From: Centroscyllium fabricii
Lineage: Eukaryota
DNA: 64,000 nucleotides
Assembly (NCBI GenBank): GCA_051313645.2
Contig: JBNRSN020000007.1
Coordinates: 220,658,001-220,722,000, forward strand
Direction of reading: 5' to 3'
The notes beneath the pieces are model-generated. The model did no database searches. It was given only the letters and a program-made list of their open reading frames with translations, and was not told the origin of the DNA. Positions 50,998-63,482 of the stretch are shown one piece after another (positions within the stretch are counted from its first letter, which is position 1; the number at the start of each line of letters is the position of its first letter). The position numbers and the translations under genes were made by a program.

Positions 50998-51980
50998 TAA
51001 TGTATTCTGCAACATGTTTCTGTATGGAAGGTAGGAGCAGACAGGGATCAGGTTCAGAAATTTTGTTGAAGCTTACATGAAAAAATTGGGAGAGTTATCG
51101 GTATCCACGGAACTGTATTCAGTGTGGGGTGCCTACCTGCGAGGAGAGGAAATTGGCCAAATTTGTCGCGCATACGACAATGGCAGAATTTTCCTACCAT
51201 TTCACTTGTAACTTTTTACGATTAAAAGGATGAAGACATTCCTGAGTGGCATGAGGAATATAAGGGAGAGTGCAGATTGGAAATCTGCAGTATTACAAGG
51301 AAAGGCATAATAAAAAAATTTAGGAGCTGAAGATGCCAGGCTCTGATCATTTCCATCCATTGCTGCTGACAGACTTAGTTGAGGTGATTGCAAATCCAGT
51401 CCTTGATATCTTTCAAAGCTCATTAGTAATTGATTGGAAAGTTGTAAATGTGCCTCCCCATCTTGGGAAACTGTTTTGATTTTGGGGGAATAATGTGAAG
51501 GATCACCTGGAAGGACAGGATCTGATTAGAAAAAGCCAGCTGAGTTCATAGTTCTTTGAGGTTTTAGATCTGATGAATAAGACTGAAGGTGTGGTAAAGC
51601 ACTTTGTGACATCCAGAGAATGTGCTGAGGTGCTATTTAAAGGAATGATTCTTTTTCATTCTTCCTCTGAATTTCAGGAAAGCATTTGATACTAACCCAA
51701 ATAACAATTATTCACAAGGAGAATACTTACAGGAGATATGGCAAAGTGTTCTGTTATGTTGGTGCTGAAAGGTAGACATCAAAAGCTGGTGATGTGTGGG
51801 GAAGTGCTCGAGATGAAGCTGGCTACCAGTAGAATACCCGGGGCTGATGCTAAGTTCTAATTTGTTTCAGTGACTTACAGGATGAATGTTGTCCATGGTG
51901 TCGGAGTTTGTGGGTGGCATCAGGTTGCGTGCAGTAGCCAATGATGCTAACCAATATGTAATGGTCTGCTGGAATCTACA

Positions 51981-52435
51981 TAGGATTACATTACATAGGA
52001 TATACAGCACAGAAACAGGCCATTCGGCCCAACCAGTCCATGCTCCACTCGAGTCTCCTCCTGTCTTTCCTCATCTAACTCTATCAGCATAACCCTCTAT
52101 TCCCTTCTCCCTCATATGCTTGTCTAGGCTCCCCTTAAATGTATCGATAATATTCACTTCAACCACTCCCTGTGGTAGCAAGTTCCACATTCTCACCACT
52201 TTTTCTGAATTCCCTATTGGATTTCTTCCCTACTTTTCAATTCTATCCCTCTAGAAATAAACCCTAGTGCTTGGTTTGCTTTTTTTTATGGCCTTGCTAA
52301 CCTGTGTCGCAACTTTTAGTGATTTGTGTATTTGTACTCCGAGATCCCTTTGTTCCTCTACCCCAGCTGGACTCGCACCCTCCAAGTGATATGTGACCTC
52401 CCTATTCTTCCTACCAAAATGTAATACCTCATATT
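51981..52435 (-). mobile_element. Internally deleted CR1 fragment
   Basis: tacagcacagaaacaggccattcggccc tail plus RT-derived sequence. Confidence 0.65.
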
Positions 52436-52679
52436 TCTTGACAGGCTAGATCAATGAGTAGAGACATGTCTGATGCAGTTCAACACAGATAAGCATAAAG
52501 TGATTAGAGTAAGTAGACAAAGTAGGAATTTAGATTGCATATTAATTGACAATATGCTTGAGGTCACCGAGCAAGAAAAAGATTTGAAAGTTTTGATGTA
52601 TTAACAGATACTGAATAAACAAATAAAATTGTTAGATAGTTAAGAGTGTAACTATGTCTAAGAAGGTCATGATGAAATT

Positions 52680-52956
52680 CCGTTCACACCTATCCAGAGC
52701 CATCCTGTGTTCCTTGAATTTCTCCTAATGTCTCTGATCTCCCCCGCCTTCTACTGGTCGCTGATGTTTTCTTTGTTCTTTCAGCCCCCCCCCTCCCCTT
52801 TTCCCCAGCCCCGACAAGCTTTAAAATCTATCCCCCCCCCCACCCGATTTCTCCAGTTCTGAAGAAAGATCATCGACCTGAAACGTTAACTCTGTTTCTC
52901 TGTCCACCGATGCTGCCTGGCCTGCTGAGTTTCTTCAGCGTTTTCTGTTGTTATTT
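52680..52956 (+). mobile_element. Neptune-type Penelope 3' UTR fragment with hammerhead
   Basis: Matches 61318-61590; approximate TSD atgatga(a/c)att. Confidence 0.8.
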
Positions 52957-53164
52957 ATGATGACATTTTATTTGGCCTTGTGTGAGGCCAAGTCTGAATG
53001 AAGTACTGTGTTCAATTTTGTCTCCATATTACAAGAAAGATGTAGATTTATTGGACGGAGTCCAGAAGATAGGGGGCTGATTCCTGAGGTAACACAAATG
53101 AGTTATGGAGAAAGATTGTCTATTGTGGAGTAATACTGTGGAGAAGAGGGAGGCGGGGATCTCA

Positions 53165-53527
53165 GGCTGACTGATATGTTAGAACACCTTTGATTGCTTT
53201 GATGTCCCTCAGCTGAGGTGTGATGTGAAACAGCTGGAGAGACCACATTGTTCTCTCTATATATGCTATGTTTAAATGAATCTCTTAAAATATGTTAATA
53301 CACCTTTGTGTGCTCTGTCTATCTCTGCTAAGGTGAGATGTGGGAGAGATCGGATTTCTCCCTTCCTCCCATATGTGCATTCTTTAAGTCAGTCTCTCTT
53401 TCACCTGACGAAGGGGCAGAATCTCCGAAAGCTTGTGATTTAAAATAAAACTGTTGGACTATAATCTGGTGTTTTGTGACTTCTTGCATTTGTCCACCCC
53501 AGTCGAACACCGGCACCTCCACATCAC
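53165..53527 (+). mobile_element. Penelope-like 3' end
   Basis: Reverse complement of 53950-54300. Confidence 0.85.
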
Positions 53528-53949
53528 AGATTTTTTAAAAGGACAGGATGAATTCCTACTATAGGAGATACAAGGCTATTAGTTTCTGCATAAGTAAAGA
53601 TATTAATGGTTTGGAAGACAGGGCTAGATAGACCAATTGTTGTCTGCCCTACCTAGAGTTTTTCACTACCTAAAGAAATCTTCAACTGTGTTTACAAAGA
53701 TAAGTACAAATGAAGGTGGTCATTTGGTGCATCTAGTTCATCCTTCCATATAAATTTATGGTCACCTTATGACAGCACCTAACTGCTTCTTGAATGGTTC
53801 CTGAGTTTTTGCCTCCACTACCCTAACTAGAAGGCCATTCCAAGTGTCAATATTTTTTGTACCTGTGTTCCTTTGTCCTGCAGATGTGGTTTAACTTGAA
53901 CTCTCACTCGGTTAATATTTTCTATTGAACTTAGTTTCTTGTATACAGA

Positions 53950-55407
53950 ATGTGGAGGTGCCGGTGTTAGACTGGGGTGGACAAATGCAAGAAGTCACAC
54001 AACACCAGATTATAGTCCAACGGTTTTATTTTAAATCACAAGCTTTCGGAGCTTCTGCCCCTTCGTCAGGTGAAAGAGTCTGACTTAAAGAACGCACATG
54101 TTTGATGAAGAGAGAAATCTGATATCTCCCACATCTCACCTCCATAGAGCTAGACACATAAAGGCTTATTAACATATTTTAAGTGTTACATTTAGACATA
54201 GCATATATAGAGAGAGATAACAATGTGGTCTCTCCAGTTGTTTCACATCACACCTCAGCTGAGGGACATCAAAGCAGTCAAAGATTTTCCAACATATCAA
54301 AGGTTGCAGTCACAATGTTAGTCTGCTTTAAATCCCACATCATGATTTTTTTTAAAACCAGGATTTTTCTTAATTAAAATCGCAGAACAAGCCGAAGATG
54401 GTTCGAGTCTGGATGACTCTACGTCAGGCGGGGTCACATGTAGCGTGACATAAACCCAATATCACGGTTGAGGCCGTGCTCATGGGTGCGGAACTTGGCT
54501 ATCAGCCTCTGCTCGACGATTTTGCGTTGTCGTGTATCTCGAAGGCCACCCTGGAGAATGCTCACCCGAAGATCGGAAGCTGAATGTTCCCCGACTGGGA
54601 GGGAACACTCCTGCCTGGCGATTGTTGCGCGGTGCCCGTTCATCCGTTGTCGTAGTGTCTGCATGGTCTCGCCGATGTACCATGCCCCGGGGCATCCTTT
54701 CCTGCAACGTATGAGGTAGATAACATTGGTCGAGTTACATGAGTATGTACCATGTACCTGGTGTGTTGTGTCCTCACGTGTGATGATGGTATCTGTGCTG
54801 ATGATTTGGCACGTTTTGCAGAGGTTGCTGTGGCAGGGTTGTGTGGTGTCGTGGTTGCTGTTCTCCTGAAGGCTGGGTAATTTGCTGCGAACTATCGTCT
54901 GTTTGAGGTTAGGCGGCTGTTTGAAGGCGAGTAGTGGAGGCGCGGGGATGGCCTTAGCGAGGTGTTCGTCATCATCAATGACATGCTGAAGGCTGCGAAG
55001 AACATGGCGTAGTTTCTCCGCTCCGGGGAAGTACTGGACGACAAAGGGTACTCTGTTGGTTGTGTCCTGTGGTTGTCTTCTGAGGAGGTCTACGCGATTT
55101 TTCGTTGTGGCCCGTCGGAACTGTCGATCGATGAGTCGAGTGTCATACCCCGTTCTTACGAGGGCGTCTTTCAGTGTCTGTAGGTGTCCGTCGCGTTCCT
55201 CCTCATCTGAGCAGATCCTGTGTATTCGCAGGGCTTGTCCATAGGGGATGGCTTCTTTAACGTGGTTCGGGTGGAAGCTGGAGTAGTGGAGCATCTGCCC
55301 CTTCGTCAGGTGACTCTCTTTCACCTGACGAAGGGGCAGAAGCTCCGAAAGCTTGTGATTTAAAATAAAACCGTTGGACTATAATCTGATGTTGTGTGAC
55401 TTCTTGC
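53950..55407 (-). mobile_element. Penelope-like element: RT C-terminus, GIY-YIG endonuclease, pLTR, and an inverted pLTR at the 5' junction
   Basis: ORF 54434-55324 contains HPNHVKEAIPYGQALRIHRICS..CKTC..NVIYLIRC..C..YIGET..R...H..GLN. 13-bp TSD tcttgtatacaga at 53937-53949 and 55408-55420. Confidence 0.92.
55321..55358 (+). ncRNA. Minimal type I hammerhead ribozyme (second Penelope family)
   Basis: tcac-CTGACGA-a-ggggc/agaa/gctcc-GAAA-G-CTT-gtga. Other copies at 15306 and 53401 (+) and at about 1230-1264, 54037-54073 and 62610-62644 (-). Confidence 0.7.
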
Positions 55408-55970
55408 TCTTGTATACAGAGTACATCTATAAAGTCTTTCCCCCAGTCACCTGTTTTCAAGGCTAAAGAATACAGTTTTTCTAACTTTTCCCCATAACTC
55501 ATGACCCAATAGGGTGATTTTTGTGGGTATAATCTGTATTTTATCTCATTTGGTTCTGAATAGCTGTCCTTTCTCCAATTTCAAAATCGATGTCCAGATG
55601 ATTTGTTCCAGGTGCTAATTAATTTATATGTAATTACATTATATTTGATCAAAGCATTAATAGGTCTGCAGAAACCAGGTGATACGTGAGTCATCAGCAT
55701 TATATGCAATAGCTCACACCATTGTGTCTTCAGTCGTGTATTAAAGATAGCACTGACTTCAGAGGCTTTGGTTAAACACTGGAGAATTCACCACAGACTT
55801 TGGTTCAGACAGGAAGTCTGAACTTCATGGAATGAACTGAGATTAGCATTGTCCTTGCATCTGGAAGGTATACCAAAAGACAAACCTAATAGTCTTGTTG
55901 TTATCATACTCTTATGAACTGCATTCTAAAAATGGTATTTTAATCCCTAATGGACAAATTCCTAATTATT

Positions 55971-56662
55971 GGCCCGGAATTTGCGGTCAGCAGTGAAGCA
56001 AAGGTGTTCACCGCTTGCCCCGAAGTAAGCTTCCCATAAAGGTCTCGCCATCTCTGTAGAGAATTTTGGGTTTTCCAACGCGTAGTTGAAATCAACATAA
56101 GTTAATGAGGATTCCCAGCGAAGGGCTGCTGTGATGTCAACAAGCTGTCTAAGCAGCCAACCAAAAAGCAGAATTCTCACAGACTGCAAACAAGGAAGTG
56201 GGTAAGCTCGTAAATAATTTTTTTTAAATGTTAGAGCAAAACAAAGATTGGGGCTCTCACATGGGGACCTGAAATAAGGATGAACAATAACGTTTCAAAA
56301 TTTTTAATTTTTATTAAAATGGATAAATTTGACGCTGCACAAAATTAAAATGAGTTTTTCAGGGCCATAACCTTTGTTCAGCTGTCAGTCCGCTGTTAAA
56401 ATCCCAGTTACACCGAATCCAAAAGGGTCTAACATTTAATGGGGTATTTAACACCATACTTACCGTGGAAGAGCCAACGTTTTCGTCAGTTTCCATGATT
56501 TGAGAGATTTCACTGTGGGGTGGGTGTGAATGACAGACCGCAACTTCGGGATTTCTGTATTAGGCTGCACATGTGATAAATCTGAAGTTTCAGTCTGTTT
56601 CAAAGGCGAATTGACAGCGAACGCTGCTAGTTCGCCATTATCAGGACCGCAAATTCTGGGCC
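55971..56662. mobile_element. PHIS-type MITE
   Basis: ATT|ggcccggaatttgcggtc ... gaccgcaaattctgggcc|ATT. Confidence 0.82.
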
Positions 56663-58212
56663 ATTTTATTTCTAAGTATTGTGCTGATTTAGTATGTTGC
56701 TGTCTAATTTGGTATTAATGGTAAATGAATTTGATAAATAGTTTTAGCCTGTATGCATTGGTCTGTCATTGTGTCATTTTCTGCTTTCTGGGAGCGATTT
56801 GATGGGTATCCCATGTAATCTCCAAGGCATTGTAAACAGAAATTAATGTTTAATTGTTAATCTGGTACGTGGTATCATGCGCACAACACATTTAAGGATG
56901 CTGGTCTCCGATCATAGAAGACACCATCTGTTTATGGAAACCAGCTTTTTATTGTGAACATGAAGCAAAAAGGGGGGTGGGGGGTATGGAGGGGGTGGGG
57001 GTGGGGAAGTAGAGTATGAAAGTGGGAGTATAATTTTGGAGTTAGGCCCCAATGTAATTATTGTATTCACTGAGCTTGAATGGTATGAGAATACCTGTCA
57101 TGTTTTGAAATTTGGAGAAAGAGTTATTATTAAATGTTGGGGTTTTAAAACCGTGTGTATTCACAGAATTTTAGAAAAAGAACGTTTAGATGTAAGGTGG
57201 TTTTAAAAAGCGACTGGAAGTTATTTTTCTCCCAAGGATACTAAACAATAAGCAGTTTGTCAGCCTATCTCCGCAGTTGATAAACACCTCACGGCCACTT
57301 TATGGGAATGTTTCTGGTTGTGAACAGAGAATTTGTAACAAGAACATAGATCGAGACAAAGGCAGTAGGTCGGGTCTAGCAAAGGCTGCAAGGGCAGTCC
57401 AGTTATGATCACGTTTAGAATTTCACTTTGCTGCAGGGTGGTATCGAGTTTTGTTGTTTAAATCAAGGAAGGTAACTGATTGTGGCGAAGCATGATGTTA
57501 AGTGGTAATGGTGAGCTAACTGAATTAGTTCACAACTGTAGCTGTGTATGTTCATGAAGTAGCTTACTATCTGGCCTCGTCTTACCAGGTGCTTTCTTGG
57601 CCTACCTTTTGAAAAGATTGCAGCACACATGTGAATGACCTGAGTATCCAGTTCACATTACAAGGGAATACTAGAGTTACACCCCTGGATTTACTACTGT
57701 ATAGTATTCCTTCAAAGCTATTGCTAAACAAAGACATTAAAACTGTATCTCGCAAGACTGGTTTTTATGGTCAGCCATTTACAAGACTCAACAGTGTTTG
57801 CTGCACAAATACAGCTGTCACGCAAACATGTACTGTAAATAGCCCTACAGCATACCTGTATTCGAATTGAACAGCTTAACTCATGGGTCATTCAATGAAA
57901 TTGGATTGATCAATTAGATGGGTTTCCTTCCAAAATTAATGGCAGCATCCAACTCACCCATATCAACCAGTCTAGGACGTACGTCCTCTGCAGCCTGCAG
58001 TAACTGTTAGCAGTATCATCTTAACCCTGTGTATGCTGTGACCAACTAGAAAGAACCCAATAAATAACCATCATAGACAAAAATGCTTCATAACAGACCA
58101 TGTGAACAAGTTACCGCTGTTTGTATATTAGTGCTAGAGTTACTGATCTGAGATTTGCAGCTGCAGTATGATGGAGCATTAGTTACAAAAAATATCTGTA
58201 GGTAAATTGTCA

Positions 58213-58441
58213 TTCAATTCAATTCAAGTTTTATTGTCATTGCAGAGTACTAGTACAATACAACGAGACGAAGACTCGACTCTCCCGAGAGTAGTACAAA
58301 TAAATAAATTACATGCAAATTGCATACAGTAAAGTACATTATCAGGCGTGCAGGTACCGAGTTTCTTTTTAGAGTTCAGGAGGCTGACAGCCCTGGGGAA
58401 GAAGCTGTTCTGAAATCTAGTCGTGCGGGTGCGAATTGCTC
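58213..58441 (-). mobile_element. Rex1/Babar extreme 3' fragment
   Basis: Near-identical to 39596-39830. Confidence 0.85.
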
Positions 58442-58940
58442 AATAGGCAGAGGAGCCTGGAATTGAAAGCAGCGGTGCCCCATAATTATGGAGAATCTCC
58501 GATTTAAAAATATTAATAATGGCAATCTTTATCCCCTGGTGTAATTACTGTTTAGAAAAAATTGCTGTTTTCCCTGTGGAATAAAAGCTAATCATGTACA
58601 ATAGATATTACTTAGAATATTTGTGTACATACATTGCAGGCAGGCCTTGTTACACCCATTTTCACACGTAATTCCAACCGGAAAATGCAGGTGCGTCCAG
58701 TACAGAGTGTTGTCCTGTTGTAATTGCAATTTGAAGGCTGTATAATGTGTTGGTGAAGCCTTGCCAGTTTATCCGGATGTTTGGCCATATTGGGGAGTTT
58801 TCAGTCTAGGTTTGGTATGGTCCTGGAATAGCCTGCTTTGGAAATTCAGCTCCAGTTCTTCCATTTTAATCCCTGGGATTTAGACTCATTGTAGCAGATG
58901 GTATTTCCATTGTGATGCGATGTCTTTAAATTTGTGTTAA

Positions 58941-59502
58941 GGCCCTGTCACACCTTGACGTTTTAGCTTGCGTATGCAAATTTGGCCGATACGCTGGTAT
59001 ACGTTGGACAAGTTATGGGTACGTTATGCATACGTTAAGAGCACGCTGGCATACGCTGGCCATAAGTTGTATAAGTCGTATAAGTCGTGATTTTTTGTGC
59101 ATGCACAAAAAATCACGACGTATAAATGTTACGATTTATACGTTCCGCATACGCTGGACATACGTTGTAGGCACGTTAGGCGATCGTTAAACACACATTA
59201 CCTTGCCCCTGTCATGCCCTGTCACACCTTGACGATTTAAAGCTTGCGTTTTCCAATTTTTTCTAAATTTATCTAAAACGTCGGCGATACGCTGCCGCGC
59301 GCTATGCATACGTTAGACTATCGTTGGGCATAAGTTGTGAACGCTAAGCATTCGTTATTGATACGCTCTGTGTACGTTACTAATACGTTACGCATACGTT
59401 ATGCATACGTCCAATACTCCAAAAATTGAACAAAGTGTCGAAAGTTCAGCGTTTTAGCCTCATTTGCATAGGCTGGCTAAAACGTCTAGGTGTGACAGGG
59501 CC
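58941..59502. mobile_element. Harbinger-like MITE (ACGTAT-array family) with internal TIR
   Basis: ggccctgtcacacct ... aggtgtgacagggcc with TWA flanks; extra TIR at about 59214-59240. Confidence 0.82.
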
Positions 59503-59681
59503 TTAAGTTTTAAAATTTAGCATTAAGACTGACAGTGGAATAGTCACTGCCTCGCTACAGACAAAACCTAGTGATCATCAGGCAGTGTATCACCTTGTTA
59601 CAAAATTGAATAGTATCTAGAAATGGAGTCAGTTAATACTGGCTTTTGTGTCAAAATGTAATACAGGTTGCATTTTTCTTT

Positions 59682-60398
59682 AACATAAGAACATAAGTAG
59701 GAGCAGGAGTAGGCCATACGGCCCCTCGGGCCTGCTCCGCCATTCAGTAGGATCATGGCTGATCCAAACTTAGACTCATGTCCACTTCCCTGCCCGCTCC
59801 CCGTAACCCCTTATTCCCTTATCAGCTAGGAAGCTGTCTATCTCCGTTTTAAATTTATTTAATGTCGCAGCTTCCACAGCTCTCTGAGGTAGCAAATTCC
59901 ACAGGTTTACCACCCTCTGAGTGAAGAAGTTTCTCCTCATCTCAGTTTTGAAAGGGCAGCCCCTTATTCTCAGATTATGCCCCCTAGTTCTAGTCTCGCC
60001 CATCGGTGGAAACATCCTCACCGCATCCGCCCGATCGAGCCCCCTCACAATCTTATATGTTTCGATAAGATCGCTCTCATTCTTCTGAATTTCAATGAAT
60101 AGAGGCCCAACCTACTCAACCTTTCCTCATAAGTCAACCCCCTCATCTCCGGAATCAACTGAGTGAACCTTCTCTGAACTGACTCAAGAGCAAGTATATC
60201 GTTTCTTAAATATGGAAACCAAAACTGTATGCAGTATTCCAGATGTGGCCTCACCAGTACCCTGTATAACTGCAGCAAGACTTCCCTGCTTTTATACTCC
60301 ATCCCCCTTGCAATAAAAGCCGAATATTCCATTGGCCTTCCTGATTACCTGCATACTAACCTTCTGTGTTTCATGCACCAGGACCCTCAGATGTCCTT
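59682..60398 (-). mobile_element. CR1 LINE 3' end
   Basis: ORFs 60045-60332 and 59776-60048. Confidence 0.9.
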
Positions 60399-60914
60399 GC
60401 TTGTTAATTCCTTCCTAAACTGTAAAATCCCTGGTGCTCGTGTTTGTTTCTGAACATGTAGAGATGCAACATCTGTTGGTTTGAATTAGCTTTACTGAAG
60501 AACTTAAATGCAATATCATCCAATGCACGAAACCAGTGCCAGTGAAATGGTGCAGAGTTAAAAGCAATCTGGAAGACTGAACTAATGAAAAATTCTGTGC
60601 CGAAATACCAGCTACAAAATTGAAAGTGTATTCAGATCTGAAGAGGATGAATTAAAATTTTGGGAAGGGACAGAAGAGACATTTTTTAAAGAGGGGCAGG
60701 GGAGGATAAATAAATCTGTATCTGCCTAAGATGTCTGCTTTTTTAAGGTTTCAGGTTTGATCCTTGGTCTGTGCTGATTTATTTAGGGTGGTAGTGGGAA
60801 TGCTACAAATTGCCTTCCTGAATGGAGAGGAAAAATTGGCCCCATTTCTTTCTCATTATTATCCAGTGACCTCCATGTTGAAGGAACACGTGTGGAGGCC
60901 AGACGAGGACAGGA

Positions 60915-61590
60915 ACACCTCCGCTCAGTCCGTAAGCGGGACCCCAAGCACAGGAATGCCTCCGCTCAGTCCGTAAGCGGGACCCCAAGCACAGGAATGC
61001 CTCCGCTCAGTCCGTAAGCGGGACCCCGAGCTCCCGGTGGCCTGTCACTATAATTCTTCACTCCATTCCCATTCAGACCTCACTGTCTGCGGCCTCTTGC
61101 ATTGTTCCATGGAAGCCCAGCGTAAACTCGAGGAACAGCACCTCATCTTTCGCTTAGGCACTCTACAGCCCTCTGGACTAAACATAGAGTTCAACAATTT
61201 TAGATCATAACCTCGGCCCCCACCACACTTTTATTTTTTTATATCCTCTCTTTTCAATCCACATTTTCGTCTGGGCTTTTTACTCTTTTTTTTCTTTTTT
61301 CTTTACTCTGCCAGAGCCGTTTACACCTATCCAGAGCCATCCTGTGTTTCTTGAATTTCTCCTAATATCTCTTATCTCCCCCGCCTTCTAGCCTGTTGCT
61401 GATCTTTCCTTTGTTCTTTCAGCCCCCCCCCCCCCGTTTTCTCCAGCCCCTACAAGCTTTAAAATCTATCCCCCCCTCCTGGCTTCTCCAGTTCTGACGA
61501 AAGGTCTTCGACCTGAAACGTCAACTCTGCTCCTCTCTCCACCGATGCTGCCTGTCCTGCTGAGTTTCTCCAGTGTTTTCTGTTGTTATT
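60915..61590 (+). mobile_element. Neptune-type Penelope element 3' end
   Basis: Encodes a GIY-YIG C-terminus (PVACHYN..HSHSDL..RKLEEQHLIFRLGTLQPSGLNIEF, stop at about 61210). 10-bp TSD gaggacagga at 60905-60914 and 61591-61600. Confidence 0.88.
61490..61526 (+). ncRNA. Minimal type I hammerhead ribozyme
   Basis: agtt-CTGACGA-a-aggtc/ttc/gacct-GAAA-C-GTC-aact: complete catalytic core, stems I and II, GUC cleavage triplet, palindromic ACGT in place of stem III. Confidence 0.8.
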
Positions 61591-62560
61591 GAGGACAGGA
61601 TCAGGTTCAACTGAGATTGTCCCCATGTTGAGCAGCTCACCAATACTTCAGTGGCTCGGGTCATTCATGAAAAAGAGTCACTCGGGTGAGATGCCAGAGT
61701 CCTGCCACCTGGGATACTAGACCCTAACATGGCACATCAGCTGAGGAGAATTGGAGAAGGAAAAAACAAACCAGTCTATCTTGAGTTGAAGGTGGAAAGG
61801 AAATGAGCTCTTTTAGGGAGTGGTGAATCTCTGCTTTGCCCTTGCAACTCTGCATGATTTTCATTCGATAAATTGCATGATCTTTTACATCGACTTCTGA
61901 TCTGTCTGTTCCAAGATATATCATTGTGATTGGACAGTAAGTGTGGTGCTAAAATATTTAACTTTTTCATCCAATCTTCCCTTCTACTCCTGAAAGCAAT
62001 GGCTTACACTCGAGTATGCTTCCATGAGCACCAGCAGCCCTCGGAAACCTCACCCAAATGACCATTTTTCCCGTTTGAGCCTAGACTGAGTGTCTGCTGG
62101 TTATTCAAATTGGAAGATACTGTAGAGTCAAACCCAATCCGTCCTCATTCAACACGCACATGAACTTTGCACCAGAGGTAACTGGGTAGTAATAAAGAAA
62201 AGGAACCGTGGCTGATTTTTGTTTCTAGTCCTTTCCAAAGCCCAGGGCACTGACCAACCCTGCCTGAGATCATCAAGTTAGCACAGCCCAAGGAGTAAAT
62301 CTGTGACATGAATGATTTTGATATGAATGTAAAGGGTATGACCAGTAAGTTCGCAGATGACATGAAAATTGGTGGGGAGGTAAATGGCGAGGAGGGAAGC
62401 CTCAGTCTGCAGGACGATATAGATGGGTTGGTCAGGTGGGCGGAACAGTGGCAAATGGAATTTAACCCTGAAGTGTGAGGTAATGCATTTTGGAAGGACT
62501 AACAAGGCAAGGGAATACACAATGAATGGTATGGCCCTAGGAAAGACAGAGGATCCGAGG

Positions 62561-63482
62561 TAAGAAGTCACACAACACCAGGTTATAGTCCAACAGTTTT
62601 ATTTGAAATCACAAGCTTTCGGAGCGTTGCTCCTTCCTCAGGTGTACTGGAGATGCATAAAGACACAGCGTATATAGTCGGAGAACAATGTAATCTTTCC
62701 ACTGCCCTTCATCACACCTCGGCAGAGAGACATTCATAGCAATCAAAGGTGCGAATGGTGTTATAACAGGTCAGTCAGGCAGGCACCATCCGAAGAACAA
62801 TGAAGTGGAGTCACAAAGGGTCAAATGTTGCACAGTCTGGGGTCTGTGTGAAAACCAACACAGAACAATTAAAAAAAAGATTTTTCTTGCTGGGAATCGC
62901 AGCCGGTACAGCCGCATCTGTGTAGTGAGGACAAGCCAAAGACAACACGAGTCTGGATGACTCTATGTCAGGTGGGGTTACATGTAGCGTGACATGAAGC
63001 CAAGATCTCGGTTGTGGCCGTGCTCATGAGTGCGGAACTTGGCTATCAGTTTTTGCTCGACAATTTTGCGTTGTCATGTGTCTCGAAGGCCGCCTTGGAG
63101 AATGCTTACTCAAAGATCGGAGGCTGAATGTCCATGACTGCTCAAGTGTTCCCCGACTGGGAGGGAACACTCCTGCCTGGCGATTGTTGTGCGGTGTCCG
63201 TTCATCCGTTGTTGTAGTGTCTGCATGGTCTCGCCGATGTACTATGCTCCGGGGCATCCTTTCCTGCAACGTATGAGGTAGACCAGGGGTCCCCAACCTT
63301 TTTTGGACCGCGGACCATTTTGAGCTAGTCAATTTTTTCACAGACTGGGGGGGGGGTGCTGGCGGAGTTTTTTTCACTGACCTGGGTGGGGGGGGTGCTG
63401 GCGGAGTTTTTTTCACTGACCGGGGGGGGGGGGGGGGGCTGCTGCCGGTTGGGGACCACTGAGGTAGACAACGTTGGCCGTC
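62561..63482 (-). mobile_element. Penelope-like fragment (GIY-YIG end plus pLTR)
   Basis: Matches 1180-1615 and 54440-54730; TSD gaggatc(c/a)gagg at 62549-62560 and 63483-63494. Confidence 0.88.
63284..63461. mobile_element. hAT (Charlie-like) MITE
   Basis: 15-bp TIR cag(g/t)ggtccccaacc; 8-bp TSD aggtagac at 63276-63283 and 63462-63469. Confidence 0.88.

Noticed and set aside
60918-61027. CRISPR-like repeat-spacer pattern
   Set aside because: The spacers are identical, the repeat is Penelope coding sequence, and the context is eukaryotic.
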